Assembly: GCA_963744145.1 (NCBI GenBank)
Contig: CAVUSO010000001.1
Span: 3,904,001 to 3,968,000 of the forward strand
DNA length: 64,000 bases
Origin: an uncultured cyanobacterium
GTDB taxonomy: Bacteria > Cyanobacteriota > Cyanobacteriia > Cyanobacteriales > CAWUOF01
Direction: 5' to 3'
Part shown: positions 1 to 10,849 of the stretch, piece after piece
Position numbering within the stretch: the stretch's first letter is position 1
Layout of the letters: each line of letters opens with the position of its first letter
The notes under the pieces: generated by a model
What the model saw: the letters and a program-made list of their open reading frames with translations, nothing else
What the model was told of the DNA's origin: nothing
Databases searched by the model: none
Position numbers and translations under genes: made by a program

Positions 1-197
1 TCATAATCAGTCTGTTGAATTAATAGTTCGGCTAGGTAATGACCGATACATCCACTAGCACCTGTCAGAAAAACTCGCTTGGATTCCATAAAATCGCCCA
101 TCACTAAGCTTGGCTAGAGCGGGAGTTGGGAATAATGAATAATCAGGATATTCTTTTTTCCTTACCCATACTCCCAATTTTCCTCTATCCCGTTGAT

Positions 198-1262
198 TTA
201 GGCATGAACAGCTAATAATTGATCAGCTTGTTTTGCAGTTTCAAAGAAGAAAGCCACATTTTCTTCAGGAGTAGAGGGTAAAACACCGTGACCCAAGTTC
301 AGAATATGACCGCGATTACCAGCTTTCCGAATCGTGTCGAGAATGCGATCGCGGATGAATGGTTGGGGACCAAATAAGACACAGGGGTCCATATTCCCTT
401 GGACTCCGAGATTGGGTCCTAGTCTGGTTCGCGCTTCGGCTAGATCTACTGTCCAGTCTACACTAATTAGGTCTGCACCGCTTAAAGCCATGCGCTCAAG
501 AATACCAGCACTGCCATTAATATAAAGTATTAATGGTGTATCGGGGTGAGTAGCTTTCACCTGCTTGAATACTAGCTGCTGATATGGCATTGCAAAGGTT
601 TCATAATCTTGGGGGCTTAATTGACCAGCCCAAGAATCGAACATTTGCACTACTTGAGCTCCTGAATTGATTTGATAACGCACATAGGTCGCGATCGCAT
701 CGGCCAGTTTGCCTAAAAATTCATGTAATATTTCTGGATGACTGAATGCCATACTCTTAATGAGAGCGTAGTCTTTAGAGGACTTACCTTCGATCGCATA
801 AGCTGCTAAAGTCCATGGGGCACCAACAAACCCTAATACCGTCGCTTTATTACCTACTTCTTGTCTTAAAGTTTGCAAAATTTGGGCAATAAAGGGTAGA
901 CTTGCTTCTGGTTCGAGGGGGAAAAGTGCTTTGACTTGCTCTAAACTGCGGATTGGTGGATCGATGATCGGTCCTTTACTTTCCACAATCTCAAAAGGAA
1001 TACCGATCCCTGGTAAGGGGGTGAGAATATCAGAAAATAAGATCACCCCATCTGGTGCAAAAGCTCGGAAAGGTTGTAAAGATATTTCAATTGCTAGTTC
1101 TGGATTTTCTGAGCGATCGCGAAACGAAGGATATTTATTTCGTAACTCTCGATAAGACTTCATATAGCGACCTGCTTGTCGCATCATCCAGACCGGTGGA
1201 CGCTTTAGCACTTCACCACGAGTTGCTCTCAAGAGATAAGGAAGTTCGGTTGACCCAGCCAT
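198..1262 (-). CDS. hemE: Uroporphyrinogen decarboxylase
   Basis: [23 protein letters not shown] and ILNLGHG signatures; 354 aa. Confidence 0.97.
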   Translation of the reverse strand: MAGSTELPYLLRATRGEVLKRPPVWMMRQAGRYMKSYRELRNKYPSFRDRSENPELAIEISLQPFRAFAPDGVILFSDILTPLPGIGIPFEIVESKGPIIDPPIRSLEQVKALFPLEPEASLPFIAQILQTLRQEVGNKATVLGFVGAPWTLAAYAIEGKSSKDYALIKSMAFSHPEILHEFLGKLADAIATYVRYQINSGAQVVQMFDSWAGQLSPQDYETFAMPYQQLVFKQVKATHPDTPLILYINGSAGILERMALSGADLISVDWTVDLAEARTRLGPNLGVQGNMDPCVLFGPQPFIRDRILDTIRKAGNRGHILNLGHGVLPSTPEENVAFFFETAKQADQLLAVHA

Positions 1263-1516
1263 CTAAACGTGATCCAAATAGATTTTTTTTTATGTCCTTG
1301 TTAGCTTACCATGCTGGGGTAACCAAAATAGAAATTTTTGATCAAATTGTTTTGACCATATGGGGAGATTTTTTGATAGGCTTGATCAGATCATCTCTAA
1401 TTAATGATTAGAGCAGAAATTTCATCTTGGTTTCATGCTCTTGAGCCAAATTAGACATAGGACTAAAAACCTGGTTTTTTTTGGTAAGTCTTACCTCCTT
1501 TAATTATCTGAATATT

Positions 1517-3004
1517 ATGTTTCTAATTAATCGTCGCAAATTTATCTTTTTTAGTGCTGGTACTGCTGGATCTGTATTATTAAGCCAATGTAGTCGAAAT
1601 AATACTTCTACTCCATTAGTTAAACCAGCGAATGGTAATGTATTAACAAGCAAAAGCAATGGATTACTAGAAACAACATTAGTAGCGCGTTCTAGTCTGC
1701 TTCAACTGGGACAACAAAAGGGTACATTAATGTCCTACAATGGGCAAATTCCTGGTCCTCGTCTGGAAGCAAAACCTGGAGACACAGTTAAAATTAACTT
1801 TACCAATCAACTTTCCCAACCAACAAATCTTCATTATCATGGGTTGCATATCTCCCCAACGGAAAACGCTGATAACATTTTTCTGAGTGTTGCTCCAGGT
1901 CAAACTCAAGTCTACGAATTTACTCTACCAAAAAACCATCCTGGGGGCACATTTTTCTATCACCCTCATTTGCATGAGTTTGTAGCTGAACAGGTTTTTG
2001 GTGGATTAGGTGGTATTTTTGTAGTCCGAGGTGAATTAGATGAAATTCCTGAAATTAAAGCAGCTCAAGAAGAATTTCTATTTTTGAAAGACTTTGCTCT
2101 AGATGCTAATGGACAGATTCCCGAACCTGGACATATGGATTTGATGCGCGGAAGAGAAGGGTCAATTTTATCTGTAAACGGACAGATCAATCCTACCATT
2201 AACATCCCCTCCCAAGGATTATTGCGACTTCGGATTGTGAATGCTTCTTCCTCTCGGTTTTATCGTCTGAATCTGGAAGAACATCCGTTTTACTTAATTG
2301 CTACCTCTGGAGGTGTGATCGCAAAACCGATCGAATTAACAGAACTATTATTATCCCCTGGTGAACGAGCAGAAGTATTGGTTCAAGGAAATCGTCCACC
2401 GGGAAATTATCGTTTACTGAATCTACCCTATGATCGTGGAGGTGACATGGGAATGATGGGAGGGAAAATGGGTCACGGAGCGATGGGAAATTCAACTGCA
2501 ATTTCTAGTCCACCAGAAGTGTTAGCAACTTTAACCTATAAAGATTCTGTCTCTAAACAAATTCCTATACCAGAAAAACTGATTACCGTTGAAACTCTCC
2601 CTGAACCTAGTCAAACCCGTCGGATTGAGATGTCAATGTTTATGGGAATGAAACCAGGAATGGGAATGCAAATGGAATTTTTGTTTAATCAAAAATCCTT
2701 TGATATGAATCGAGTTGATGCGAATGTTAAATTAGGGAGTATTGAAGATTGGGAATTGGTAAATGTTGATCCGGATGGAATGGAACACTCCTTTCATATA
2801 CATACTAACCGATTTCAAGTCATCAGTCGCAATGGTAAACCCGATCCCTATCAAGCATGGGAAGATACCCTCAGAATTCGTGCTAAGGAAACAGTTGTGA
2901 TTCGGATTCCTTTCCGGGATTTTGTCGGAAAAACTGTCTATCATTGTCATGTTCTTGATCATGAGGATCTGGGGATGATGGGTATAGTTGAGATGAAAGC
3001 ATAA
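1517..3004 (+). CDS. Multicopper oxidase (CueO/SufI-like), Tat-exported, probable lipoprotein
   Basis: RRKF Tat motif and LSQC lipobox-like site; Cu motifs HYHG, YHPH, HSFHIH, HCHVLDHEDLGMM; Met-rich inserts. ATG at 1517 preferred to TTG at 1481. Confidence 0.9.
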   Translation: MFLINRRKFIFFSAGTAGSVLLSQCSRNNTSTPLVKPANGNVLTSKSNGLLETTLVARSSLLQLGQQKGTLMSYNGQIPGPRLEAKPGDTVKINFTNQLSQPTNLHYHGLHISPTENADNIFLSVAPGQTQVYEFTLPKNHPGGTFFYHPHLHEFVAEQVFGGLGGIFVVRGELDEIPEIKAAQEEFLFLKDFALDANGQIPEPGHMDLMRGREGSILSVNGQINPTINIPSQGLLRLRIVNASSSRFYRLNLEEHPFYLIATSGGVIAKPIELTELLLSPGERAEVLVQGNRPPGNYRLLNLPYDRGGDMGMMGGKMGHGAMGNSTAISSPPEVLATLTYKDSVSKQIPIPEKLITVETLPEPSQTRRIEMSMFMGMKPGMGMQMEFLFNQKSFDMNRVDANVKLGSIEDWELVNVDPDGMEHSFHIHTNRFQVISRNGKPDPYQAWEDTLRIRAKETVVIRIPFRDFVGKTVYHCHVLDHEDLGMMGIVEMKA

Positions 3005-3264
3005 CTAATTAGTTTAAGTTTGGACAATCAGCCATAGAATTCATTCTCAGATATATGATTAAACTGGAGGGGCGGGTTCACCGATCAATTTCGTTACTCA
3101 CAGATGAGCATCATAAACCCGTCCCGTCTAGTTAATAAGCGTGTAATTTTCTGGTAAATTGGGATTGACTTTTTAGATGTATTTGCTATAATCCGGGTAT
3201 AATTCACTTTTATGATTGAAGAATTATATTTTTTTGCTTCAAAATTAGCTCCTCTATTTCTTGA

Positions 3265-3864
3265 GTATGTCCGATCCACCAAGTAGTAATCTTTTTACAG
3301 GAGACAAGTTCAGAACAAGCTTGGATCTCCGAGTACGAAGATATCAATACCCGACACAGCTATCAGGTCATTCGTCTCTGGGAACAAGACCCTACTTTAT
3401 TGTTGTCTATTCCCGGTTTGCTACCACTGGCGACATTATCTCAAACTAACACACCGGAAAGGTTACTAGAACAAATAGCTACTCAGATTGCTACTATTGA
3501 AGAACCAAATCAACAAGCAGATGTACTTGCTTGCACCCAAGTGTTGGCAGGTTTGAGATTTGAAAAAGACCTAATCAGACAAATATTTAGGAAAGAAACT
3601 ATGCGCGAGTCAGTTATTTACCAAGAAATTCACGAAGATGGTGTGCAAGAGGGTCTTCAAGAAGGCATTCAAGAAGGAAAGCAATTGGAGGCGCGGTCGT
3701 TTGTTACTCGCCTGTTGACTCGACGCCTTGGTGCGATCGCTCCCCCATTACAAGAGCAAATTCAGACTTTATCGTTAGAACAATTAGAGAACTTAGGGGA
3801 AGCACTACTAGATTTTTCTGAAGAAACAGATTTAGTAAATTGGTTGAATACTGGCATTAATTGA
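3265..3864 (+). pseudogene. 5'-truncated Rpn/YhgA-like (DUF4351 C-terminus) protein
   Basis: The frame of ORF 3400-3864 stays open upstream as QVVIFLQETSS...TRHSYQVIRLWEQDP back to a TGA near 3262, with no family N-terminus. C-terminus MRESVIYQEI...LENLGEALLDF is typical of DUF4351. Confidence 0.75.
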
Positions 3865-4832
3865 TGATCGCGATCGCATTAAAACTTCAACATAAAGTTA
3901 TGGATAATTATCAAAAGCTGCGGACAGAATTAGCAACTCTAGCGAAATCCCAAAAGCTCCTCTTGAGGGAACCTAAATTAATTAAACAACAAATTGAGCA
4001 AATCAATAATGTTCAAGCTAAACTGGATGATTTGCATCTAAAAGCTATCTATAAACCTAATACCTTTAATCGGATCTTAGAGTTTATTGGTCTTGGTTAT
4101 CAATCTCAAGCTAAACGAAAATTAGCGATCGAACTAACTGAACGAATTTATCAGATGATTATTCAATGCGAACAATTAAAATTAATGGCAACATTTTTAA
4201 TTAATCATCCTAATTTGCTCCAAGAATTAACTGATAAACATAAATGCTATTCTCTCACTCGTCAAGGTGTTCGTTTTGGTAATTTATTTGCTTATGTTCA
4301 TCATCTAGAAAAGATAATCACGACTAGCTTAGATCAACAAGATAGTAATTTAATCTCAGACCAAATGACTCAAATTGTTCAAGCTAAAGAGGAACTAAAA
4401 TGGATTAAATTAGATATTAATCAGACTGATATCTTTATGAATATTACTAATATTTCCTCTGCTAATATTTATGCTATTATTAATTTGGTTGCTTTGTTAG
4501 GAGAATATATTAGTGGGATAGGATTTAATGAACTTAATGAGGTTTCTTTTATTAATTATCAGGGTAAACAGTCATCGATTAAGTCTGTTTTACAGGAAAT
4601 TTCTAAGTTAATTTTGAAGATTGATAGTTTATTATTAAAATCTAATCAACAGTTAGTTCAGTCTCAAGAAAATATTGATAGAATACCGAAAGATAAAAAA
4701 ATCTCAAAAAAATCTTCACCTATATTTTGGCTAGTTGCTCTATTAATTATCGCTGTTGTTGTTTTTGGAGGTTGGTATCAATTTTCTCAGTCCCAGTTAA
4801 ATTTATTTCCTCCTGCTCCAGCCAAGAATTGA
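3861..4832 (+). CDS. Hypothetical coiled-coil protein with a C-terminal TM helix
   Basis: 323-aa ORF; hydrophobic IFWLVALLIIAVVVFGGW near the end. Confidence 0.6.
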   Translation: MMIAIALKLQHKVMDNYQKLRTELATLAKSQKLLLREPKLIKQQIEQINNVQAKLDDLHLKAIYKPNTFNRILEFIGLGYQSQAKRKLAIELTERIYQMIIQCEQLKLMATFLINHPNLLQELTDKHKCYSLTRQGVRFGNLFAYVHHLEKIITTSLDQQDSNLISDQMTQIVQAKEELKWIKLDINQTDIFMNITNISSANIYAIINLVALLGEYISGIGFNELNEVSFINYQGKQSSIKSVLQEISKLILKIDSLLLKSNQQLVQSQENIDRIPKDKKISKKSSPIFWLVALLIIAVVVFGGWYQFSQSQLNLFPPAPAKN

Positions 4833-4928
4833 ATCTCACTTAAATTCCTCACACCCGATCAGCATCCAAATAAACTAGAGAAAATTGAGTTGAATTGCAT
4901 GGTTCATTATTCATAGTTTTAAAGTTCT

Positions 4929-4952
4929 AACCATGAACCATGAACCATGAAC
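4929..4952. repeat. Heptamer short tandem repeat (AACCATG)x3
   Basis: aaccatg aaccatg aaccatg aac just downstream of petA; STRR-like. Confidence 0.7.
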
Positions 4953-4959
4953 TAGGAGC

Positions 4960-5946
4960 TTAGAAATTCATTTCTACAGCTTGAATTTTTTCTACCTGTT
5001 TCTTCTTGAGAACTAGGAAGATTTGGGTCAGCATACAAGCAGCAAAAAATGCTAACAACCATTGAATTCGAGTAGAACTTTGTAAGACGATTTCTGTATC
5101 GCGCTGACCAAAACCACCAACATTGGGGTCAGAGGTTAAAGGAGCAGCAGCTTTTACTTCATCACCTTCAGCAACAATTAATTCCGGTCCGGGAGGAATA
5201 GTATTAACCACACTATCACCAGATGCGGGTTGAATAGTTACTTCATAACCACCATCTTCAGTTTTGGTGATTTTCGTAATTTGCCCAGCTACAGATGCGG
5301 TATAGCTAGTATTATTACTTTTTTCACCAGTGGGTAAAACTTGTCCACGTCCCCGATTACCACCGACATGAATCGCATATTTACCATAATGGATGGATTT
5401 GTCAGTTTCTGGATTCGGAGAGAGGACGGGAAAGACAATTTCTTGATATTGCTCACCAGGTAAAGGTCCGATGATGACAATATTTTCTTGATCATCACTG
5501 TAGGGTTGGTAATATAAATCGCTGATTTTTTCCTCAAGTTCTTCGGAAATTCGTTCAGGAGGTGCAATTTTAAAGCCTTCTGGCAAAATTAATACAGCAC
5601 CTACATTTAAACCACCTTTACTACCATCTCCTAATACTTGCTCGGTGCTAGTGTCATAGGGAATTTTGACTACAGCTTCAAATACTGTATCAGGAAGAAC
5701 CGACTGCGGAACTTCAATTTCGGTGGTTTTAGAACCTAAATGACAGTTAGCACAGACAATCCGACCGGTAGCTTCACGGGGATTTGCGAAGCTTGCTTGG
5801 GCCCAGAATGGATATGCTGCTGCTGATTGAGGTAGGGCGATATCACTAGCAAAGAATACTAGCACAGTTGCGATCGCGATTAACGTTACCCTGGCAATTT
5901 TTAGCTTACTATGATGCCAAATTGCCGACAATAATTTTTTTTTCAT
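4960..5946 (-). CDS. petA: Apocytochrome f
   Basis: AYPFWAQ mature N-terminus, CANCH haem motif, C-terminal [17 protein letters not shown]. Confidence 0.98.
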   Translation of the reverse strand: MKKKLLSAIWHHSKLKIARVTLIAIATVLVFFASDIALPQSAAAYPFWAQASFANPREATGRIVCANCHLGSKTTEIEVPQSVLPDTVFEAVVKIPYDTSTEQVLGDGSKGGLNVGAVLILPEGFKIAPPERISEELEEKISDLYYQPYSDDQENIVIIGPLPGEQYQEIVFPVLSPNPETDKSIHYGKYAIHVGGNRGRGQVLPTGEKSNNTSYTASVAGQITKITKTEDGGYEVTIQPASGDSVVNTIPPGPELIVAEGDEVKAAAPLTSDPNVGGFGQRDTEIVLQSSTRIQWLLAFFAACMLTQIFLVLKKKQVEKIQAVEMNF

Positions 5947-6033
5947 CTGTAAACGAGACTATTTCAGTAACAAAGCTCAAATTAGGTTGGGGTGGTCTGG
6001 GAATCTCTGACCTAAACTAATATGTTGAAAAAC

Positions 6034-6574
6034 TTAACTCCACCAAGGTTTTTCACCAGTGCGGAAGTCAGTTTCTGTCCAGGGAGTCAAGCTAATTTTA
6101 GTGTCTTCGACCTTAACGTGTGCTAGTGCTAAGGATAAAGGAGCTGGTCCGCGGATTACTTTTCCGGTGTTGTCATACTGAGATCCGTGACAGGGACACT
6201 TAAATTTATTCTCAGCGGTATTCCAAGGTACGACACAACCTAAATGGGTGCAAACTGCATTGATCCCATAGTCAGCGATCGCTTCTTTGGTTTCGACCAC
6301 AATGTAAGTAGGGTCACCTTTTAAACCTTGGGCCAATACATGATCGCCCACATTATGATTGGTTAAAAAGTCGCTGATGACAATATCGTTTCCTAGAGCA
6401 TCCTTAGCAGTTGTAGCACCACCAGCACCAGCTTTGATGGGGGGGATAAAATATTTGATGACAGGATATAGCGATCCCAGTGCTACACCTGTAGCTGAAC
6501 CAAACGCGAGAAAGTTCAGAAATTGGCGACGTCCCCATATTGGGCACATCTGCCGATCCAGAAAGTTGAGCCAT
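6034..6574 (-). CDS. petC: Cytochrome b6f Rieske Fe-S subunit, with an apparent +1 frameshift in the G4 run at 6533-6536
   Basis: CTHLGC and CPCHGS Rieske motifs. ATG at 6574 gives [14 protein letters not shown], which joins RRQFLN only if one G is removed (541 bp = 180 codons + 1). Confidence 0.95.
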
Positions 6575-6785
6575 GACCTATGCTTGTTATGTGTGAAGAA
6601 GTTATTTCTCTTAGCTAGTTTAGGTGGAACGGGGACGATCGCGGATTATTTCCGTGATTTTCGCCAGTTCAACTGTTAAGCTAAGACTATCGGTATCCAA
6701 ACTTTACCGTTTTTTACAGCGCATTATTCCACTTTATTTAATTTCCGTTCCGATTTTTCCCCTTGGTCTTGAACATTTAAAATGT

Positions 6786-7094
6786 ATGACGGGAAAAGAC
6801 TTACATCAACTCCTGCTCTGGAAGTGGGGTCGTTCCTATGATGTCCAATTACGTCGCTTTCAGGACAAAATTTTTGTTCAGGTAATGTGGAAATATTTGG
6901 AACAAGCTTCTTTTCCTCTCTCCCAGGGAGAATACATGGCCCATCTTGATCAAGTGGCCAATTATTTGGTAGCTTGGGGGAGTACAACTCAGGTGCAAAC
7001 CTATATTGAACAGACTCGCGATCGCCCCCGTCTTGGTAAAGTGGTGAGTATCCCTTTAGATTTAGGTGAAAAAGCTTCTGAATGGATTTTATGA
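6786..7094 (+). CDS. DUF3067 family protein
   Basis: MTGKDLHQLLLWKWGRSYDVQL...QVMWKYLEQASFPL; conserved cyanobacterial gene divergent from petC. Confidence 0.85.
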   Translation: MTGKDLHQLLLWKWGRSYDVQLRRFQDKIFVQVMWKYLEQASFPLSQGEYMAHLDQVANYLVAWGSTTQVQTYIEQTRDRPRLGKVVSIPLDLGEKASEWIL

Positions 7095-7822
7095 AAGCAC
7101 TAATCCCCTCTAATCTGAAAGTAAGTTTAAAAGTTGGGCAAAGATATTTAAAAGATTGGTCAAGTGGTCAAATCAGTAAATTTACCAGTATCAATCATCA
7201 GCTTAATCCAGAGCAAAAGCTGCTTTTTTATCCCCAAATTACCATTACTCAAGCTTTATTACCTACTGCGTTTTCAGCCAATAAAAAACATAATTTAGCC
7301 TTAGCAATTGGGCAGATTCAAGATGTAGAAATTAAACCAGAGGCAATTTTTTCTTTTTGGTATTTAGTCGGGAAACCCAGCCGAGAAAATGGTTATTTAG
7401 AGGGGCGATCGCTAGTTAATAACCAACTCAAACCAGAAGTTGGGGGTGGTTTATGTCAATTATCAGGGCTGATTTATCTCTTAAGTTTAAAAGCTGGACT
7501 AACTATTTTAGAACGACATTCTCATTCCCAAGATATCTATACTGAAGAAACTCGATTTGCTCCCCTAGGTGCTGATGCTACTATTGTCTATGGATATAAA
7601 GATTTGCGGGTTAAAAATAATTTGCTCAGTTCAATTTGTTATCGATTTTTAATTGAAGAACACCAAATTAGTGCCATTTTATGTTCTCCCCAGTCAATTC
7701 CAGAGTTTACTATTGATTTTCAAGTTCAACCCATGACCGATCAAGTCAAAGTTGATACAGTCCGATTAAATTGCGATCGGCAATTTGAAATAATTAATTC
7801 TACTTTTTATCAAAAATTTTAG
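7082..7822 (+). CDS. VanW family protein
   Basis: FSFW..VG, GGGLCQLS, ERHSHS and DATIVYGYKDLR motifs. Confidence 0.85.
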   Translation: MDFMKALIPSNLKVSLKVGQRYLKDWSSGQISKFTSINHQLNPEQKLLFYPQITITQALLPTAFSANKKHNLALAIGQIQDVEIKPEAIFSFWYLVGKPSRENGYLEGRSLVNNQLKPEVGGGLCQLSGLIYLLSLKAGLTILERHSHSQDIYTEETRFAPLGADATIVYGYKDLRVKNNLLSSICYRFLIEEHQISAILCSPQSIPEFTIDFQVQPMTDQVKVDTVRLNCDRQFEIINSTFYQKF

Positions 7823-7873
7823 ATATTTTTGAGATTCTCGGCTTGAGAAGAAGGGTTTACCCTGAGCGTAGTC

Positions 7874-8272
7874 GAAGGGTGAAGCATTCGGATCTGATGT
7901 TACTCGTTTGAGCGCTCAATTGTCGCCCGAATGCTTCACCCCTACAAGGAAATGACCTGTATTCAACTATATATTTATTTAAACTAAAATCCTACTTCAG
8001 CGATCGGAGTTGTAGTATAATCTTACCTATCTAGGAAATAATTAAATAGAAATACTGGCAAACCGGATCTAAGAAGGGTGAAGCATTCGGATCTGATGTT
8101 ACTCGTTTGAGCGCTCAATTGTCGCCCGAATGCTTCACCCCTACAAGGAAATGACCTGTATTCAACTATATATTTATTTAAACTAAAATCCTACTTCAGC
8201 GATCGGAGTTGTAGTATAATCTTACCTATCTAGGAAATAATTAAATAGAAATACTGGCAAACCGGATCTAAG
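7874..8272. repeat. Tandem duplication of a 199-bp unit containing a REP-like hairpin
   Basis: gaagggtgaagcattcgg...ggatctaag starts at 7874 and again at 8073; the copies look identical by eye. Confidence 0.9.
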
Positions 8273-8311
8273 TTAAAGATTTCTTAACTAAAAATTAGTC
8301 ATAACATAATT

Positions 8312-10713
8312 ATGACCAAGAACTGGAATTTTATTGGCGATCGGCAAACAATCGGGCAAATAGTATTATTCACAATTCTTCATATTTGGGTTTCCGAGAT
8401 TTCACTTTCTTTATCCTATATCCCTGGAGCTGCAACTCCAATTTGGATTGCTTCGGGGACAGATTTTGCGGCTGTATTATTAGGATATCGTCTTTGGCCC
8501 AGTATTTTTTTTGGTGAATTAATCCATTATATTTTGACCCAAGGATTAACACCAACACATATACTTGTGGGGATGGGTTTTGGGATTGCAGATACAATCG
8601 ATCGACTTTTAGCGATGTATCTCATGAATAAATATGCCAAAGGTCGATATTTCCTGAATTATGTTCAGGATATATTTTATTTTATTCTATTTGTAGTTAT
8701 ACTAACACCAATAATTAGTTCCACCATTGGAGCAATAACTATTTGTTTATTTAACCAAGCTCCCTGGACTGAATATGCAGTAGTTTGGTGGACTTGGTGG
8801 ACGGGGGTCGCAATCGGTGGACTAGTATTTGCACCAATTATCTTAGCTTGGAGTCGAGGTCTAAGACAACTGAAGTTACGTTTTCAACCCAAAGCTTTAG
8901 AAGCAATTCTCTTATTATTGTTAGTAATTACTATCAGCGAAATTAGTTTTGGTGGTGGTTATCCAATTATCTATATGTTGATTCCCCTTCTAGTATGGTC
9001 AGCTTTTCGATTTGGTCATAAAGGAGCAACATTATTAATTGTCATCATCTCGATTATTTCCATGGTAGGAACAGCTCGCGACTTCGGTCCATTTGTGCGT
9101 CCTTCTCGGAATGAATCTCTTTTATTATTACAATCATTTATGGGTGTGATTGCGCTAACTACATTAATTTTATCTGCGGTAATCGCGGAAAACAAGGAAG
9201 CTCAAAAAAATCTAAAAAAGAACAATGAAGAACTCGAAAAACGAGTGGAAGAGCGCACATTAGAACTTAAAAAAGCTAAAGAAATTGCCGAAACAGCGAA
9301 CAAAGCTAAAAGCGAATTTTTAGCGAATATGAGTCACGAATTAAGAACTCCCTTGAATGGGATTCTCGGATATACCCAAATCATGCAACGCAGTTCCGAC
9401 TTAAACGAGCATAAAAATAATATTAATATTATTCACCAATGTGGGAGTCACTTACTAGATTTAATTAATGATATCCTAGACCTGTCTAAAATTGAAGCTA
9501 GGAAAATGGAATTAGTAGTCAAAGATTTTGACTTTGCTTATTTTCTGAATAGTATTACCGAAATATCTCGAATTCGTGCCCAACAAAAGGGAATTAACTT
9601 TCATTATCGACCTGACTCAAATCTCCCCAAAATAGTTAAAGCTGACGATAAACGTCTACGTCAAGTATTAATTAATCTGTTGGGTAACGCGATTAAATTT
9701 ACAGATTTTGGTAGTGTAACTTTTCAGGTAATCACATTAGCAGTAACATCACCAATATCGACAACAGAGTCAATTGTTACGATCCGGTTTTTGATTCAAG
9801 ATACAGGAATCGGAATGACCTTAGCACAAATCCAAAAACTATTTTCTCCCTTTGAACAAGTTGGTACAACATTTCATCATACCGAAGGGACAGGATTAGG
9901 ATTAGCAATTAGTCAAAAAATTGTCAACTTAATGGATAGCAATATTGAAGTTAAAAGTATTCTGGGAGAAGGAAGCATTTTTTGGTTTGATTTAAACTTA
10001 CCTATAGGTAGTAAATCCAAAAATGAGGTTACGATTGATCATAAAGGTAAAATTATTGGCTATACCGGTCAACACCGAAAAATTTTAATCGTTGATGATC
10101 TACTTGTCAATCGTTCCATCTTGCTAGGAATTCTTAATCCTTTGGGTTTTGATTGTCTGGAAGCTACTAATGGAGAAGAAGGATTAATTAAAACCCAAGA
10201 ATTTCAGCCACATTTGATTATAACTGACTTAGTAATGCCCATTTTAGATGGATTTGATTTTACCCGTCGCTTACGTCAATTATCTGAAGGAAAAGATTCA
10301 TTATCATTGCTTCTAGTGCTAGCGTATTAGCGGAAAATCAAGTTACTAGTATTGAAGCTGGATGTAATGACTTCCTCCCGAAACCAATTGAAATCGAAAA
10401 ACTATTAATTTGTCTCCAGAAATATCTAAAGTTAGAATGGATTTATGAAGCAGAATCCCCACCTAAAAATATTATAACAAGTTTAGATTTAGTTGAAAAT
10501 AAACCGATTATTATTCCACCTGCTGCTGAATTAACTCAAATTTATGCAGCAGCTAAAATTGGTGATATTACCGCGATCGAAACTGAAGCTAAACGTTTAC
10601 AAAAACTTGATCCTCAATATAAGTCTTTTGTTCAGCAAATATTAATTCTGGTGGAAATTTTTGAAGATCAAAAAATTTTAGACTTACTTGAATCCTGGTT
10701 ACCAAAAGAGTAA
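8312..10713 (+). CDS. Hybrid sensor histidine kinase (MASE1-HisKA-HATPase-REC), frameshifted near 10298
   Basis: N-terminal multi-TM region; [24 protein letters not shown] and GTGLGL motifs. The receiver domain continues in another frame (IIIASSASV...GCNDFLPKP) to TAA at 10711-10713. Confidence 0.88.
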
Positions 10714-10849
10714 TTTTGGTTGAGCAGAATCAACTCTCCCATTTGACCTTTCCCCCAACCCCTCTCCTCAGAGGAAAGGGGAGCAGAATTAATCCGATTA
10801 AATCTCAAATAAATTTAATTATCTTAATTACTCCCCCTTCCCTCCTAGG

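Noticed and set aside
6530..6540. Programmed frameshifting in petC or the dehydrogenase fusion
   Set aside because: No recognisable slippery heptamer at either site; indel error or mutation is simpler.
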